A stretch of DNA of 64,000 bases from an uncultured Candidatus Saccharibacteria bacterium (GCA_965230915.1 OZ246395.1:728935-792934), one strand, 5' to 3'. Shown: positions 1 to 10,080, counted from the first letter of the stretch. Numbers and translations: made by a program. The notes: a model not told the origin generated them from the sequence alone.

Positions 1-161
1 ACAGCAGATATTGTTATTTACTTCCCTGCGGTGCGCGGAGATTTTATACAACAAACTGCGCAATAAAATAGCTACTAGATTTGAAAGATAACCAGCAGGT
101 AACTTGAGACGATAGATACAAGCGTAAAGCCGAGGACTATTTTGAAAAATTAATAGATATT

Positions 162-1148
162 TTAGTGATTTTCGTACAAGAAGTATTTCACAACCTCAAC
201 AACAATAATTGCGAATGGAATCGCAAGAATCGCCCCAACCAAACCTAAGAGTTGGCCACCAATCATCAAGGCAATAATCGTAACAAGTGGATTAAATCCG
301 ACGGCTTTTTGCATAACTTTGGGTACAACATAACTGTTCTCAAGTTGTTGAATAAGAATATATAACCCTAAAACTCCAAGGCCAGTTAGGGGGGAAATCG
401 TAAAAGCGACAATAAGCGCTGGAACAGCGGCGACAACAGGCCCAATAAATGGAACGATTTCTAAAACACCAGCAATAATTGCCAAAGCCAAGGCATAATC
501 TACGCCTAACAAAATTAACCCTAAATATGTTGCTCCGCCAATTACCAACATTAAAATAATTTGCCCTCTAAGCCATCCGCCTAATTTGACTTCGATGCGC
601 TTCATGACCGTATTCACATCGGCCTGGTATTCTTTTGCGAATAATTTGATAAACATTTTACGCAAATTGTGAAAATCCATGAGCATGTACACTGTAAAAA
701 TCGCAATAGTTATGAGCGATATTAACCCCGAAAAGGCATTAACAACACCTACGATTATGTTTCCTGTGGTCTGACTTAATTGGCCATAAATAGCGTCGTT
801 AATTTGTAATTGGTATCCGGCTAAAAGTGGATTGCTTGTAAGTGACTGAATATAACCTGGCAAATTCCCAAAAAGTATTGAAACCTGTTGAAGCGGGAAA
901 ATTGCTGAACTGGCAACACCAATTAAGATAAGAATGAAAGTAATTACAGTTCCAACAACTGCAACACCTCTTGGAACTCTTTTAGAATCAAGCCACTCAA
1001 CAAATGGTTCTAACGTTAAAACAATAATTAATGAAACAAAAAGAATTAGAATAATATCGCGAATCAGCCAAAGACCTAATACTCCGAGTAAAACGGCGAC
1101 AAAGATAAGAATTGTTTCGATAGAGATGATTAGTTGTTTATCGCTCAT
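162..1148 (-). CDS. AI-2E (PerM/UPF0118) family membrane transporter
   Basis: Multi-TM protein with family motifs IVPFIGP, QQLENSYVVPKVM and G..LLGLVGAILAIP. Confidence 0.85.
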   Translation of the reverse strand: MSDKQLIISIETILIFVAVLLGVLGLWLIRDIILILFVSLIIVLTLEPFVEWLDSKRVPRGVAVVGTVITFILILIGVASSAIFPLQQVSILFGNLPGYIQSLTSNPLLAGYQLQINDAIYGQLSQTTGNIIVGVVNAFSGLISLITIAIFTVYMLMDFHNLRKMFIKLFAKEYQADVNTVMKRIEVKLGGWLRGQIILMLVIGGATYLGLILLGVDYALALAIIAGVLEIVPFIGPVVAAVPALIVAFTISPLTGLGVLGLYILIQQLENSYVVPKVMQKAVGFNPLVTIIALMIGGQLLGLVGAILAIPFAIIVVEVVKYFLYENH

Positions 1149-2032
1149 TGTCTGTTACTTAGATATGATTCTACAAGCGAGAATACTCTAGTGTCAAAAG
1201 ATTTTTCAGTAATATCAACTTTTATTGAATTTTTATATCGCTTAAACCAAGTTTGTTGTCTGCGAATATATTTATGAAGGTCGAATTTTATTAGTTCTAA
1301 AGCTTTTTCTTGGCTTATTTCACCTTTTATAAATTGTTTTGCGGTTTTATAGATTATTCCGTTCATTGGTGCCGCGTTTTCATAACCTTTTGCAAGTAAG
1401 TCTTTAGTTTCATTTATAAGTTCACCCCAAATACTTTCCGACCATTTATCAACTCTTTCATATAAAATTTCACGGGGAGCTGTTAACTCAATAACTAAAT
1501 TATTTTCGCTGGGGTCAATCGCCTTGCGGGATTTATCTGGCCATTTTCCAGTTTGTCTAAAAATCTGTATTGCCCTAATAATACGTGCGGGGTTAAAACG
1601 ATCGCTGTTGTTCCATGTGTAAAAATAATCTTCAGGAATCATTTCAACAAGCTCTAAAAAAGTTTTTTCGGATAACTCATCGCGAATTTTAGTATCAGAT
1701 TCAATTTTGAAATCTAAATTATCGGCGACAAGACTATCAATATAAAAACCGGTTCCGCCAACTATTATCGGAAGCTTTATGTTTTTTATAGCTTCTCTGG
1801 CATCTGTCGCATACTGAAAACTTGAATACGCCTGATCTGGCTCAACAACATCATACATATGAATATGTGGAATCACCCCGGTTGCACCTACCGGAACTTT
1901 ACCTGTTCCAATATCCATAAATTTATAAATTTGTCTGGAATCTGCAGACACTATCTCACCGCCGAACTTTTCAGCTAATTTAAGCGCAAGAGAGGTTTTT
2001 CCAGATGATGTAGGACCTGTAATGATAATCAT
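1145..2032 (-). CDS. miaA: tRNA dimethylallyltransferase
   Basis: GPTSSGKT P-loop, SADSRQIYKFMDIGTGK, VGGTGFY, YIRRQQTWF. Confidence 0.95.
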   Translation of the reverse strand: MIIITGPTSSGKTSLALKLAEKFGGEIVSADSRQIYKFMDIGTGKVPVGATGVIPHIHMYDVVEPDQAYSSFQYATDAREAIKNIKLPIIVGGTGFYIDSLVADNLDFKIESDTKIRDELSEKTFLELVEMIPEDYFYTWNNSDRFNPARIIRAIQIFRQTGKWPDKSRKAIDPSENNLVIELTAPREILYERVDKWSESIWGELINETKDLLAKGYENAAPMNGIIYKTAKQFIKGEISQEKALELIKFDLHKYIRRQQTWFKRYKNSIKVDITEKSFDTRVFSLVESYLSNRQ

Positions 2033-2052
2033 TTGGCTTATTATATATTATA

Positions 2053-2136
2053 AAAAGCCGCGCTACTTTACGCGAAGCGGAAAGTAGGCTTTAGCCGCTA
2101 CTTCCGAATGAAATGAGGAAGATAGCCGAATAAGCG
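2053..2136. repeat. REP-like tandem double hairpin between the divergent miaA and rsmF-like genes
   Basis: CTACTTT-ACGCGAAGCGG-AAAGTAG and GCTACTTCC-GAATGAAATGA-GGAAGATAGC; both units begin AGCCG(CG)CTACTT. Confidence 0.5.
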
Positions 2137-2149
2137 CTATAATTATCGC

Positions 2150-3091
2150 ATGAATTCGCGTTTAGAGGCCTTTTTAGGCAGTTTAAAAGAGATATACGGC
2201 TCGATGTACCCGCAAGTAGAAAAGGGGCTTAAAATAGCTCATCCAACTACATTTAGGGTTAATTTAAGTAAGGCCGAACCCAGTAAAGTTTTAGAGGACC
2301 TAGAAAATCAGGGTTTTCGCATAATGAAAGGTCCTATCCCAAATAGCTACTTTATAACCCACAATAAAGGATTCATTTCCGATACTGAAGAATTTAAAAC
2401 CGGCCAAATTTATGTTCAGGAATTTTCGAGTATGATTCCACCACTAATTTTAAATCCACAAAAAGGTGAAAGAATTATGGATATGGCTTCAGCACCAGGA
2501 AGTAAAACCACACAAATTGCCGACCTTGTTCAAGACGAAGCAGAAATTACTGCCATGGAAAAACATCCGATTCGCATAAAAATTTTAGAGCACAACATTG
2601 AACTTCAAGGGTATAAAAATGTCCGAATTATTCAAGGCAACGGAATTAAATTCGACAAACGTAATATGCAATATACCGAATATTTCGATCGCGTTTTAGC
2701 CGATGTCCCCTGCTCAACTGAAGGAAGCATTAACATTACAAACCCAAAAAGTTATAAATTTTGGAATATTCATAAACGAAAAGATATGTCTCGAATTCAA
2801 AAAGGAATTTTAATATCTGGAATTCGAATGCTAAAACCAGGTGGGACATTGGTTTATTCGACCTGCACCTTTGGAATGGAAGAAAACGAAGTTGTCCTTG
2901 ATTGGCTACTTCAAAAGATTCCTGATTTGAAAATTGAAAAAATTGACTTGAAGTTACAAAATTTTATTCCAGGAATCGCAAAATTTGAAGGTAAACCATT
3001 AAATCCAAAAGTTAGAAATGCTATTCGTGTTTTACCAAACGAACTGTTTTCAGGATTTTTTGTTGCTAAAATAACCAAACCTACTGCTTGA
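2150..3091 (+). CDS. RsmB/RsmF (NOL1/NOP2/Sun) RNA m5C methyltransferase
   Basis: DMASAPGSKT SAM motif, DVPCSTEG and YSTCTF catalytic Cys motifs. Confidence 0.9.
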   Translation: MNSRLEAFLGSLKEIYGSMYPQVEKGLKIAHPTTFRVNLSKAEPSKVLEDLENQGFRIMKGPIPNSYFITHNKGFISDTEEFKTGQIYVQEFSSMIPPLILNPQKGERIMDMASAPGSKTTQIADLVQDEAEITAMEKHPIRIKILEHNIELQGYKNVRIIQGNGIKFDKRNMQYTEYFDRVLADVPCSTEGSINITNPKSYKFWNIHKRKDMSRIQKGILISGIRMLKPGGTLVYSTCTFGMEENEVVLDWLLQKIPDLKIEKIDLKLQNFIPGIAKFEGKPLNPKVRNAIRVLPNELFSGFFVAKITKPTA

Positions 3092-3121
3092 TAAGATCTA
3101 AAAGTTGGATCACAATAGTCG

Positions 3122-3601
3122 TTGGCAATGGATTGGCTAAGCGCACCACAAATTTTAGAACAAACAAATGTAACCGCAGAAAAAATTGTCCCGACCTCTA
3201 GTGAAGCTTTCACATTTTTTCACCCTACAGCAATCTTTAAATATAAAGGAAGAGATTACCAGTTAACCTCTTCTGCCGGTAAAAGAATCACATTTTTTAC
3301 GACAGAAAATCATATTGCACCCGACACAGTTTACACAGGATTTATCGGGAATGTTTCATACGAACCAAAACAAGACGAACAATTAGAGTTAGTAATATAT
3401 CGTGGCAATGGGTTTGAATATATTGACCAAGAACATGAAGAATTTGGATTAGTAAAAACAGCTATGGAAATTTATAGAGATACTCCTGTTGAACGCAGCA
3501 ATCACGCAGGTTGGGATCAAGCTATCGAAAACTCAAAGAGAAATATTGCGGGAGTATTGGAATCTTTAGCAGATATCCAAGAGGCTATTTCACAAACTTA
3601 A
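3122..3601 (+). CDS. hypothetical protein
   Basis: 159-aa ORF following the methylase on the same strand; no motif recognised. Confidence 0.6.
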   Translation: MAMDWLSAPQILEQTNVTAEKIVPTSSEAFTFFHPTAIFKYKGRDYQLTSSAGKRITFFTTENHIAPDTVYTGFIGNVSYEPKQDEQLELVIYRGNGFEYIDQEHEEFGLVKTAMEIYRDTPVERSNHAGWDQAIENSKRNIAGVLESLADIQEAISQT

Positions 3602-4232
3602 AGGTTCTCAAAATCTGATCATCATAGAAAACTGTACTTTCGCGAATTACAAAATCATATTTATAACCATCTTTAATCGCACAAAGAACAACTCCATTAC
3701 TTGGTCCATCACCGCCAAATGCTGTTGGCCAATATAGTGTTCCCATAATGCCCTGGCCTAGATCTATATTTTCTGCTTTAGATGCATCTTCGGCAGTACA
3801 ATCGGCTAGAATGTTACCATCTAATGCCTGAATGTAACCTTCTAAAGAGAATTTGCCTTCAGGCAATTTATACATATCAATAATATCTTCTTCAGTATAG
3901 TTATCGACACGTAGGTAGTATGAATTATTTGTTCCACCTTCCGACTCTTCGCCAAAGCTGTCTTTTGGAAGTTTAATTTTAAATCCATATTTACTATTAG
4001 TGAATGTTCCATCTGAGGCAATCTCTATTTTGTTTGTAATAGTTTCAGGTATTTCCCGATCCCACCTCTCGGGCCTTACAAATGGTTCTTGAACTTTTCT
4101 TTCGGTAATATCTATCGCTTCAATTTTTGGAATAGTTTCGACTTGTGAAAAGTTTTTAAAAAACCAAGCGGCAAAACCAGAAAGAATTAAAATACAAACA
4201 ATTAAGAAAGTTAATGTATATTTATACTTCAT
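3585..4232 (-). CDS. membrane-anchored exported protein (PsbP-like fold possible)
   Basis: N-terminal TM helix; FTNSKYGFKIKLP and a terminal DQILRTFKF typical of such CPR surface proteins. Confidence 0.6.
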   Translation of the reverse strand: MKYKYTLTFLIVCILILSGFAAWFFKNFSQVETIPKIEAIDITERKVQEPFVRPERWDREIPETITNKIEIASDGTFTNSKYGFKIKLPKDSFGEESEGGTNNSYYLRVDNYTEEDIIDMYKLPEGKFSLEGYIQALDGNILADCTAEDASKAENIDLGQGIMGTLYWPTAFGGDGPSNGVVLCAIKDGYKYDFVIRESTVFYDDQILRTFKFVK

Positions 4233-4249
4233 TAGTAATTAATGGTACC

Positions 4250-5437
4250 TTATTCTAAAGTCTTCTTCCAGACATCCATCAAATATTTATGACGGCGTTT
4301 TTTTTCTTTCATTGGAACGTCATCTTTCATAAAGCGTTGCGCGGTAGTTCCTTCACGTGGCGAGTAAATTGAAATAAAAGCTACATTAAATTTCATCCAT
4401 TTAAAAAGATCTACAGTTTTCATAAATTGTTCTTCTGTTTCTCCGGGAAAACCAACAATAATATCAGTTCCAAAAGTCATCTTCGGATTCTTTTCTTTTA
4501 TTTTTATCACTAAATCTTTGAATTCTTCGATAGTGTGGCGACGATTCATTCTCTTTAGTACATCATTGTCACCGCTTTGAACTGCCATGTGTAAATAAGG
4601 TTCAATCTTCGGCATAGAAATTGTATCGATTAAATCTTGAGTAAAATCAAATGGATTCGATGAAATAAAACTAATTTTTTGAACTTCAGGAATTGCATGC
4701 GCTTCTCTTAATAATTCTGCGAATGGAATTTTGTCTTCTGAACCGGCACGAAGTTTAAATTTCGTAACACGATCTAAGCCCCATGAATTTACATTTTGTC
4801 CAACAAGCATAATACTTGTAAATCCTCGCGAGTTTAAATGTTTTATTTCTGCCAAAATATCTTCTTTAGATCTGTGCTTTTCTTCTCCACGTGCATACGG
4901 AACTACACAGAAAGTGCAAAAGTTATCGCAGCCGGTCGAAATATTTACAAATGCCCATTCGGTTTCATTTGAAAAATTCGGATTGCTTTCAGTTATTCCG
5001 TTAACTTTCTGCAAAACCCATTCGTCGACCAATCCTTCTTTAACTAAAATTGATGGAATTTGAGTTTCTTCTTCCGGAGCTAACAAATAATCAGCCCAAC
5101 CCAATTTTTCTTGAAGTTCGTGCATTTTTACACGAGTTCGATCGCCTTTTGCGCTGCCGATCATACATCCAGTTACAAAAACTACCTGATTGCCCTTTTT
5201 TTCATAAAATTCTTCTTTTCCGGATTTATTATTGGTGCCGAGTTTAATTCCCCAACCATAAACTTTGTCTTCAGATTTTTGGCGAACAGAACAAGTATTA
5301 ATAATCAAAACATCAGCTTGTTGATAGTCTTCAGTTGGCATAAAACCAATTGCATCGAGCGATCCAGCCATTACTTGGCTGTCACGAATATTCGCCTGGC
5401 AGCCAAATGTTTGAATATAATACTTCTTTTCTTGCAT
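4250..5437 (-). CDS. miaB: tRNA methylthiotransferase (radical SAM), lacking the C-terminal TRAM domain
   Basis: QTFGCQAN / NTCSVR / TGC UPF0004 cysteines and CDNFCTFC radical SAM motif; start moved to MQEKK (ATG 5437, TATAAT 6 nt upstream). Confidence 0.88.
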   Translation of the reverse strand: MQEKKYYIQTFGCQANIRDSQVMAGSLDAIGFMPTEDYQQADVLIINTCSVRQKSEDKVYGWGIKLGTNNKSGKEEFYEKKGNQVVFVTGCMIGSAKGDRTRVKMHELQEKLGWADYLLAPEEETQIPSILVKEGLVDEWVLQKVNGITESNPNFSNETEWAFVNISTGCDNFCTFCVVPYARGEEKHRSKEDILAEIKHLNSRGFTSIMLVGQNVNSWGLDRVTKFKLRAGSEDKIPFAELLREAHAIPEVQKISFISSNPFDFTQDLIDTISMPKIEPYLHMAVQSGDNDVLKRMNRRHTIEEFKDLVIKIKEKNPKMTFGTDIIVGFPGETEEQFMKTVDLFKWMKFNVAFISIYSPREGTTAQRFMKDDVPMKEKKRRHKYLMDVWKKTLE

Positions 5438-5585
5438 GGGGATATTATAGCCTACACAAACCGCATAAAAAGCTTTAATTAAAAAGTGGAAGCGTGAACC
5501 ACGCCAATATATACCCAACAATCACCCACATTAAACATAAAAGCACGATATAAATAGTTTTCATAATTACAGTAAATAAACTAGC

Positions 5586-6632
5586 TTATTGATCATCTAC
5601 CATCCTCTCTTGCCCGGTATCAATATTGTAAATATAAGTTTCGATAATTCTTGAATCATTGTATCCATCGGCATCCTCATTTATATATCCTTTGAATAAA
5701 ACAATTTCTTTATCCATTAGCCTTGGGCTACCCTTGCCATATAAATAACCAGCATCATATTGATATGGTTTAGTAAAACTACGAATAGTATTCCTATCAC
5801 TAAGGTTAAACGGATTAAGTGCATAGATTTCAGATAAACATACGTCTCCATCAAATGGGCTAGGCTTAGTACAGTCGACTGTCTTACCTAAAATTAATTT
5901 GCCATTATCAAATTTGAAGTATCTTTCCTCATGGCTACAACCAGAGCCAATATCTTTTAACATATTGATTACTTTAGTTTCTAAATTATAAGTAAAAATA
6001 TCGCCCCATCCACCGCAACCATCCCCACCACCAGTCACTATAACAAATGAATTTTCATTTGGATTAAACCCAGCAAAACTTTTGCTTTCATATATTCCAT
6101 TTTTAAATGTTTCTACTACTGAGCTTTTAATATCGTTTAAGTCAGAGTAATCAATCAAAACTAACTCTGAGAAGTCCGGACTGTCGGAACGAAATTCCTC
6201 TGCCTTAAATCTAAGAAGATATAACTGCGAACTTTCTTTCATGAACCAGAAATCAGTAACTTCTGTATTAATATATTTTTCAACCCAACGATACTTTTGA
6301 TCCAAAGGCATATATTCACTGTTTTTTAATTCAACAATCTTTCTTTCCTCAGGAGAATTTGTTTTGTATATTTGCAATAAGATCAGCTGCTGACCATCTA
6401 CTATATGACTGCGTCTTTCGTAATATTCTGGTTCAGTATCTTGGATTGCTGTATTGCTAGGCACTACATTTTCTTGTGAAGTAACAGGTATTGGCTGTTC
6501 TACAGGCACATAATCATTTTCGCTTTGTGAATTTATAATTTCAGTGGTTTGTTTATTTAGATAAGTTGCCTGATAAGCTAAAACAACCGCAACAACCACG
6601 CTAGAAATAAGTACGAGATAAAGTTTTCTCAT
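5586..6632 (-). CDS. membrane-anchored exported protein, unknown function
   Basis: N-terminal TM, low-complexity linker, beta-rich domain containing GGGDGCGGWG. Confidence 0.6.
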   Translation of the reverse strand: MRKLYLVLISSVVVAVVLAYQATYLNKQTTEIINSQSENDYVPVEQPIPVTSQENVVPSNTAIQDTEPEYYERRSHIVDGQQLILLQIYKTNSPEERKIVELKNSEYMPLDQKYRWVEKYINTEVTDFWFMKESSQLYLLRFKAEEFRSDSPDFSELVLIDYSDLNDIKSSVVETFKNGIYESKSFAGFNPNENSFVIVTGGGDGCGGWGDIFTYNLETKVINMLKDIGSGCSHEERYFKFDNGKLILGKTVDCTKPSPFDGDVCLSEIYALNPFNLSDRNTIRSFTKPYQYDAGYLYGKGSPRLMDKEIVLFKGYINEDADGYNDSRIIETYIYNIDTGQERMVDDQ

Positions 6633-6659
6633 TTTATTAAATTGTAATAGGAAAGTTCC

Positions 6660-7118
6660 TTAAAATAAAGAATCCAAAGCCTGCTTTGTATAATAAGAAG
6701 CTTCTTTTGGAGGATTAGTCGGGTCTACCCATATAGCTTCGGCTACTTCGATTCCATCAGATTTCAATTCATGCGGATTTATAACTTTTCCGGCTCTATA
6801 TATAAGAACACAATTGTTTTTATTTTCTAAAAAATTTCTGTAAACTGAGACAAGCTGCATTTTATCAATCACAAGACCGGTTTCTTCAAAAACCTCACGT
6901 ATGCATGCTTGCGAAAACTCTTCACCACGACGAACGCCTCCACCTGGGAAATAATAGCCTTTTCTATATGTGTGTTTTATAAGCAAGACTTTACCTTCGT
7001 TTTCGATTAACACGCGAACTCCAACTGTGGTGACCTTAAATAAAGCCCAATATATTGTTAATAAATCGAATCCTAATCTTAAAATTTCGTGATAAAACTT
7101 GGTTTTAGTTATATTCAT
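6660..7118 (-). CDS. NUDIX hydrolase
   Basis: Nudix box GGGVRRGEEFSQACIREVFEETGL. Confidence 0.9.
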   Translation of the reverse strand: MNITKTKFYHEILRLGFDLLTIYWALFKVTTVGVRVLIENEGKVLLIKHTYRKGYYFPGGGVRRGEEFSQACIREVFEETGLVIDKMQLVSVYRNFLENKNNCVLIYRAGKVINPHELKSDGIEVAEAIWVDPTNPPKEASYYTKQALDSLF

Positions 7119-7441
7119 AATACTGGACTCCCATTAGGAATTGATGTAATCGGTTCAAGAAGAATTGCTGCGCCATCTTTGTCGGCACAAAGCATCATTC
7201 CTTGGCTTTCTACACCTTTTAACTTACGTGGCTCTAAATTTACTAAAATCGGAACTTGTCTTCCAACTAAATCTTCTGAAGAATACCATGTGGCGATTCC
7301 TGAAACGATAGTTCTAGTTTCTTCTCCAAGGTCGACTGTTAGTTTCATTAATTTATCAGAACCTTCAACTTTCTCTGCAGCTGCAATAGTTCCAACTCTT
7401 ATGTTCAATTTTGCGAAATGGTCATAGTTTATAAGTTCCAT
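7115..7441 (-). CDS. stand-alone tRNA-binding OB-fold protein (Trbp111/CsaA/MetRS C-terminal-like)
   Basis: IRVGTI, DKLMKLTVDLG, RTIVSGI, NLEPRKLKGVESQGMML. Confidence 0.88.
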   Translation of the reverse strand: MELINYDHFAKLNIRVGTIAAAEKVEGSDKLMKLTVDLGEETRTIVSGIATWYSSEDLVGRQVPILVNLEPRKLKGVESQGMMLCADKDGAAILLEPITSIPNGSPVL

Positions 7442-7443
7442 GA

Positions 7444-7827
7444 TTATTTGTCTTTAGGCAGGTCCAGTTTATCGAATTTCAGAATTTTTACGAGCATATA
7501 GATAACAAAAGCTGTAACAGTGAAATCTATTATTGTAGCTAGCAAATGTCCCCATGCAAAGGTTACTGGGCCGACTGCTAAAACGCTCGTTTCAAGGTTT
7601 CCTCCCGATATTTCAACTAATAATAGCCCAATTACAGGAGCAATCAAGTCATTAACCACAGCCGATACTACTTGTTTGATCGAATCTCCTAAGATAAAAC
7701 CAACTGCTAGACCCACGACTCCTTGCTGACGGATAAATTCTACAAAGCCTTTAATAGGACTTTTCTTAAGCTCTGTTTTTAATTTTTGATCATTCTGCTT
7801 TTGTTCTTCTTGTGTGATTTCAGGCAT
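7444..7827 (-). CDS. mscL: large-conductance mechanosensitive channel family protein
   Basis: GFVEFIRQQGVVGLAVGFILG, VVSAVVNDLIAP, WGHLLATIIDF. Confidence 0.85.
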   Translation of the reverse strand: MPEITQEEQKQNDQKLKTELKKSPIKGFVEFIRQQGVVGLAVGFILGDSIKQVVSAVVNDLIAPVIGLLLVEISGGNLETSVLAVGPVTFAWGHLLATIIDFTVTAFVIYMLVKILKFDKLDLPKDK

Positions 7828-8542
7828 TTTTATTTTCCTTTTGTTGCTCTTTAATTATACTCAACTCTTTCTCAATTTCTTCATGTAAATCGCGCTCTCC
7901 GCGCCGACATTTGTATTCAATTATACTCGATGATAGGTGTGCTGGTGGATACTTCATACCTGTCGACATTAAAGTGCGTTCATGCAGTTCATGCAATATT
8001 ACAAAAGCACGCTCCGCAGGACCTAAATCGTCGTCGATCCAAACCTCACCTTCGGGAACAAAATCGTAAACAAATTCGTGCCCGCCTTCGGTAAAGTCCA
8101 CATAATATAAATCTCGAACTAACTCCCCTGAAACTATCCAAACATCTACACCTTGAGAATAGGTTTCTAGTCTATCAACATATAATGCAGTAGGGATTTT
8201 TTTGTGATCTTTTTTTCTGACTTTTAATAAAAATTCGGACTTCGCTCTTTCTTTTTTCTCTTCGCTATCGGCCTTTTCGATTGCAGATTCATATGAAACA
8301 CCATTTGACATTAAATCCCATTCAATCAGTAAGTGATTTATAAAAAAATCATCTTCACCCGGAGCATATTCTTTATCAAGCCAAAATTCTCTTGTTGGAA
8401 TAAAAGGATATTTATAATGCTGGCCAAAGTTTGTGAATTCGCGGTTTATATGGTCACGAATATATTTTCCGTCTACAATATAAATTTCAAAACCATTAAG
8501 ATCTGAGTGTTTTTTAATATAAGGCTTTTGAAGCTCTGCCAT
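7820..8542 (-). CDS. hypothetical protein made of two tandem homologous domains, the second with an HELHE...AH metal-binding-like motif
   Basis: Internal repeat IYIVDG..IRD....F...G.H..Y.FIP..E.W.D versus VWIVSG..VRD....F..GGH..VY.FVP..E.W.D. Confidence 0.65.
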   Translation of the reverse strand: MAELQKPYIKKHSDLNGFEIYIVDGKYIRDHINREFTNFGQHYKYPFIPTREFWLDKEYAPGEDDFFINHLLIEWDLMSNGVSYESAIEKADSEEKKERAKSEFLLKVRKKDHKKIPTALYVDRLETYSQGVDVWIVSGELVRDLYYVDFTEGGHEFVYDFVPEGEVWIDDDLGPAERAFVILHELHERTLMSTGMKYPPAHLSSSIIEYKCRRGERDLHEEIEKELSIIKEQQKENKNA

Positions 8543-9522
8543 TATTTTGATTGTACAGCAACCAAGATATTTTCCAATTCCTGAATAACTTCTTCGCTGG
8601 TTTTGGCTTCGACTAACTTCATTCTGTGTTCTTTAAAATGGTCCATACCTTTAAAGTACCAAGATAAATGTTTTCTAAAGGTGACAACGCCGCGTTCTCC
8701 ATATTGTGCGACATGATATTGTAAATGCAGTTTGATAACTTCGAGGCGTTCTTCTAATGAAACTTTGTCGTAACGGCCTGTTTCTAAAAGTTGTTTTGTT
8801 TGCTTAAAAAACCATGGGTTGCCAAGCGCTCCGCGAGCAATTAAAACTCCATCGGCTTTTGTAACTTCTAGAGCTTCTAAAACTTTTTCAGGAGTATGAA
8901 TGTCCCCATTAGCCAAAAGTGGAATCGAAACTGCTTTTTTAACTTTGGCGATTTGTTCCCAATTAGAGACTCCAGAATAACCCTGTTCTTTTGTACGACC
9001 ATGAACAGTTATTAATTCTGCGCCGGCATCCTGCATAGCTGGGGCAAAGGTTAGGCAATCTTGGTCGTTCGACCAACCCAGTCTTATTTTTACTGAAAGT
9101 GGGACACTTAATACACTTTTCATTTGGCGGACAATTTCAGAAGCGATTTTGGGGTCTTTCATTAAAGCGCATCCGTTAAAGTTATGAGTAATTTTATAAA
9201 CCGGACAGCCCATGTTTATGTCAAAACCCTCTGGGCCGAAATCCCTTTGAATAATTTCTGCGGCGTCGCGCATAACAATAGGATCGCTCCCGAATAGCTG
9301 CTGAACCAACGGTCTTTCATCAGAATGAATTTCTGTCATTTCCAAGGTCTTATCGTTATGACGAACAACGGCTTCGGCAGACACCATTTCACGGAACATT
9401 ATCGGATAGTCTTTTTCCCCTGTTACCTTTTTTACAATCTGGCAAAAAGCCGAGTCGGTCATATCTGCCATCGGAGATAGAGCTATTATTGGTTTTGATT
9501 GGTTTGCCCATTCAAGTTTCAT
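8542..9522 (-). CDS. dusB: tRNA-dihydrouridine synthase
   Basis: LSPMADMTD, QLFGSDP, DINMGCP, SVKIRLG, TVHGRT, ANGDI, IARGALGNPW. Confidence 0.92.
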   Translation of the reverse strand: MKLEWANQSKPIIALSPMADMTDSAFCQIVKKVTGEKDYPIMFREMVSAEAVVRHNDKTLEMTEIHSDERPLVQQLFGSDPIVMRDAAEIIQRDFGPEGFDINMGCPVYKITHNFNGCALMKDPKIASEIVRQMKSVLSVPLSVKIRLGWSNDQDCLTFAPAMQDAGAELITVHGRTKEQGYSGVSNWEQIAKVKKAVSIPLLANGDIHTPEKVLEALEVTKADGVLIARGALGNPWFFKQTKQLLETGRYDKVSLEERLEVIKLHLQYHVAQYGERGVVTFRKHLSWYFKGMDHFKEHRMKLVEAKTSEEVIQELENILVAVQSK

Positions 9523-9565
9523 GTGGAAATCTTAACATTTGGGCAGTTCTGCAGCAATTTAAATA

Positions 9566-9628
9566 AAAAGGCCACTAGCTGAAGCGAGACTCTTACATAA
9601 GTGTAAGAACCTGCCTCAGCTAATGGCC
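9566..9628 (-). terminator. extra-long intrinsic terminator-like hairpin downstream of the orphan ORF
   Basis: Minus strand GGCCATTAGCTGAGGC...GCTTCAGCTAGTGGCC with inner TCTTACA/TGTAAGA, followed by TTTTT. Confidence 0.75.
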
Positions 9629-9639
9629 GAATACGAATT

Positions 9640-10080
9640 TTAGAAGACGCGAACACCCTGAACCGTCAAAATGTTAGTTGGCGAGCCATAGGCAGAAATT
9701 GTCAGCCAGCGATTTTCCGGAAGTACTGACAACAAAACCAGCCACGATGGCTCGGTCCAAAAAATCGAAAAGTTGCAACCAGGAATTTTTTCACCTGGCT
9801 TCCAAATTTCCGGAATCGCGGCTTCGGTCCATGCGCGATCTGTAGCCAGATCAACGCTAAAACCGATGGATCTGTCTGCTGGAAGCGGACACATTCGGTC
9901 TCTAAACCTCACGATGTACCCGTGGTATATACCACCCTCTTGAAAGGCCGAAATTTCGGGCTTTTTTGTAACCTCCCCGATCTTCCCCTTGGCGTCCCCC
10001 ATAATTCGGAGCACCCACTGTGGCACTGCCTCAAGACCTCTTATAGTTTGAGGAGCATAAACAACAGAAGAGCCGTACAT
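9640..10080 (-). CDS. orphan hypothetical protein (GC-richer than flanks)
   Basis: ORF with SD-like AGAAGGG, its own promoter and a terminator. Confidence 0.6.
   Translation of the reverse strand: MYGSSVVYAPQTIRGLEAVPQWVLRIMGDAKGKIGEVTKKPEISAFQEGGIYHGYIVRFRDRMCPLPADRSIGFSVDLATDRAWTEAAIPEIWKPGEKIPGCNFSIFWTEPSWLVLLSVLPENRWLTISAYGSPTNILTVQGVRVF

Noticed and set aside
9566-9628. Integron attC sites or CRISPR repeats among the long hairpins
   Set aside because: No RYYYAAC/GTTRRRY ends recognised, no shared repeat sequence, no regular spacing, and no integrase or cas genes in the window
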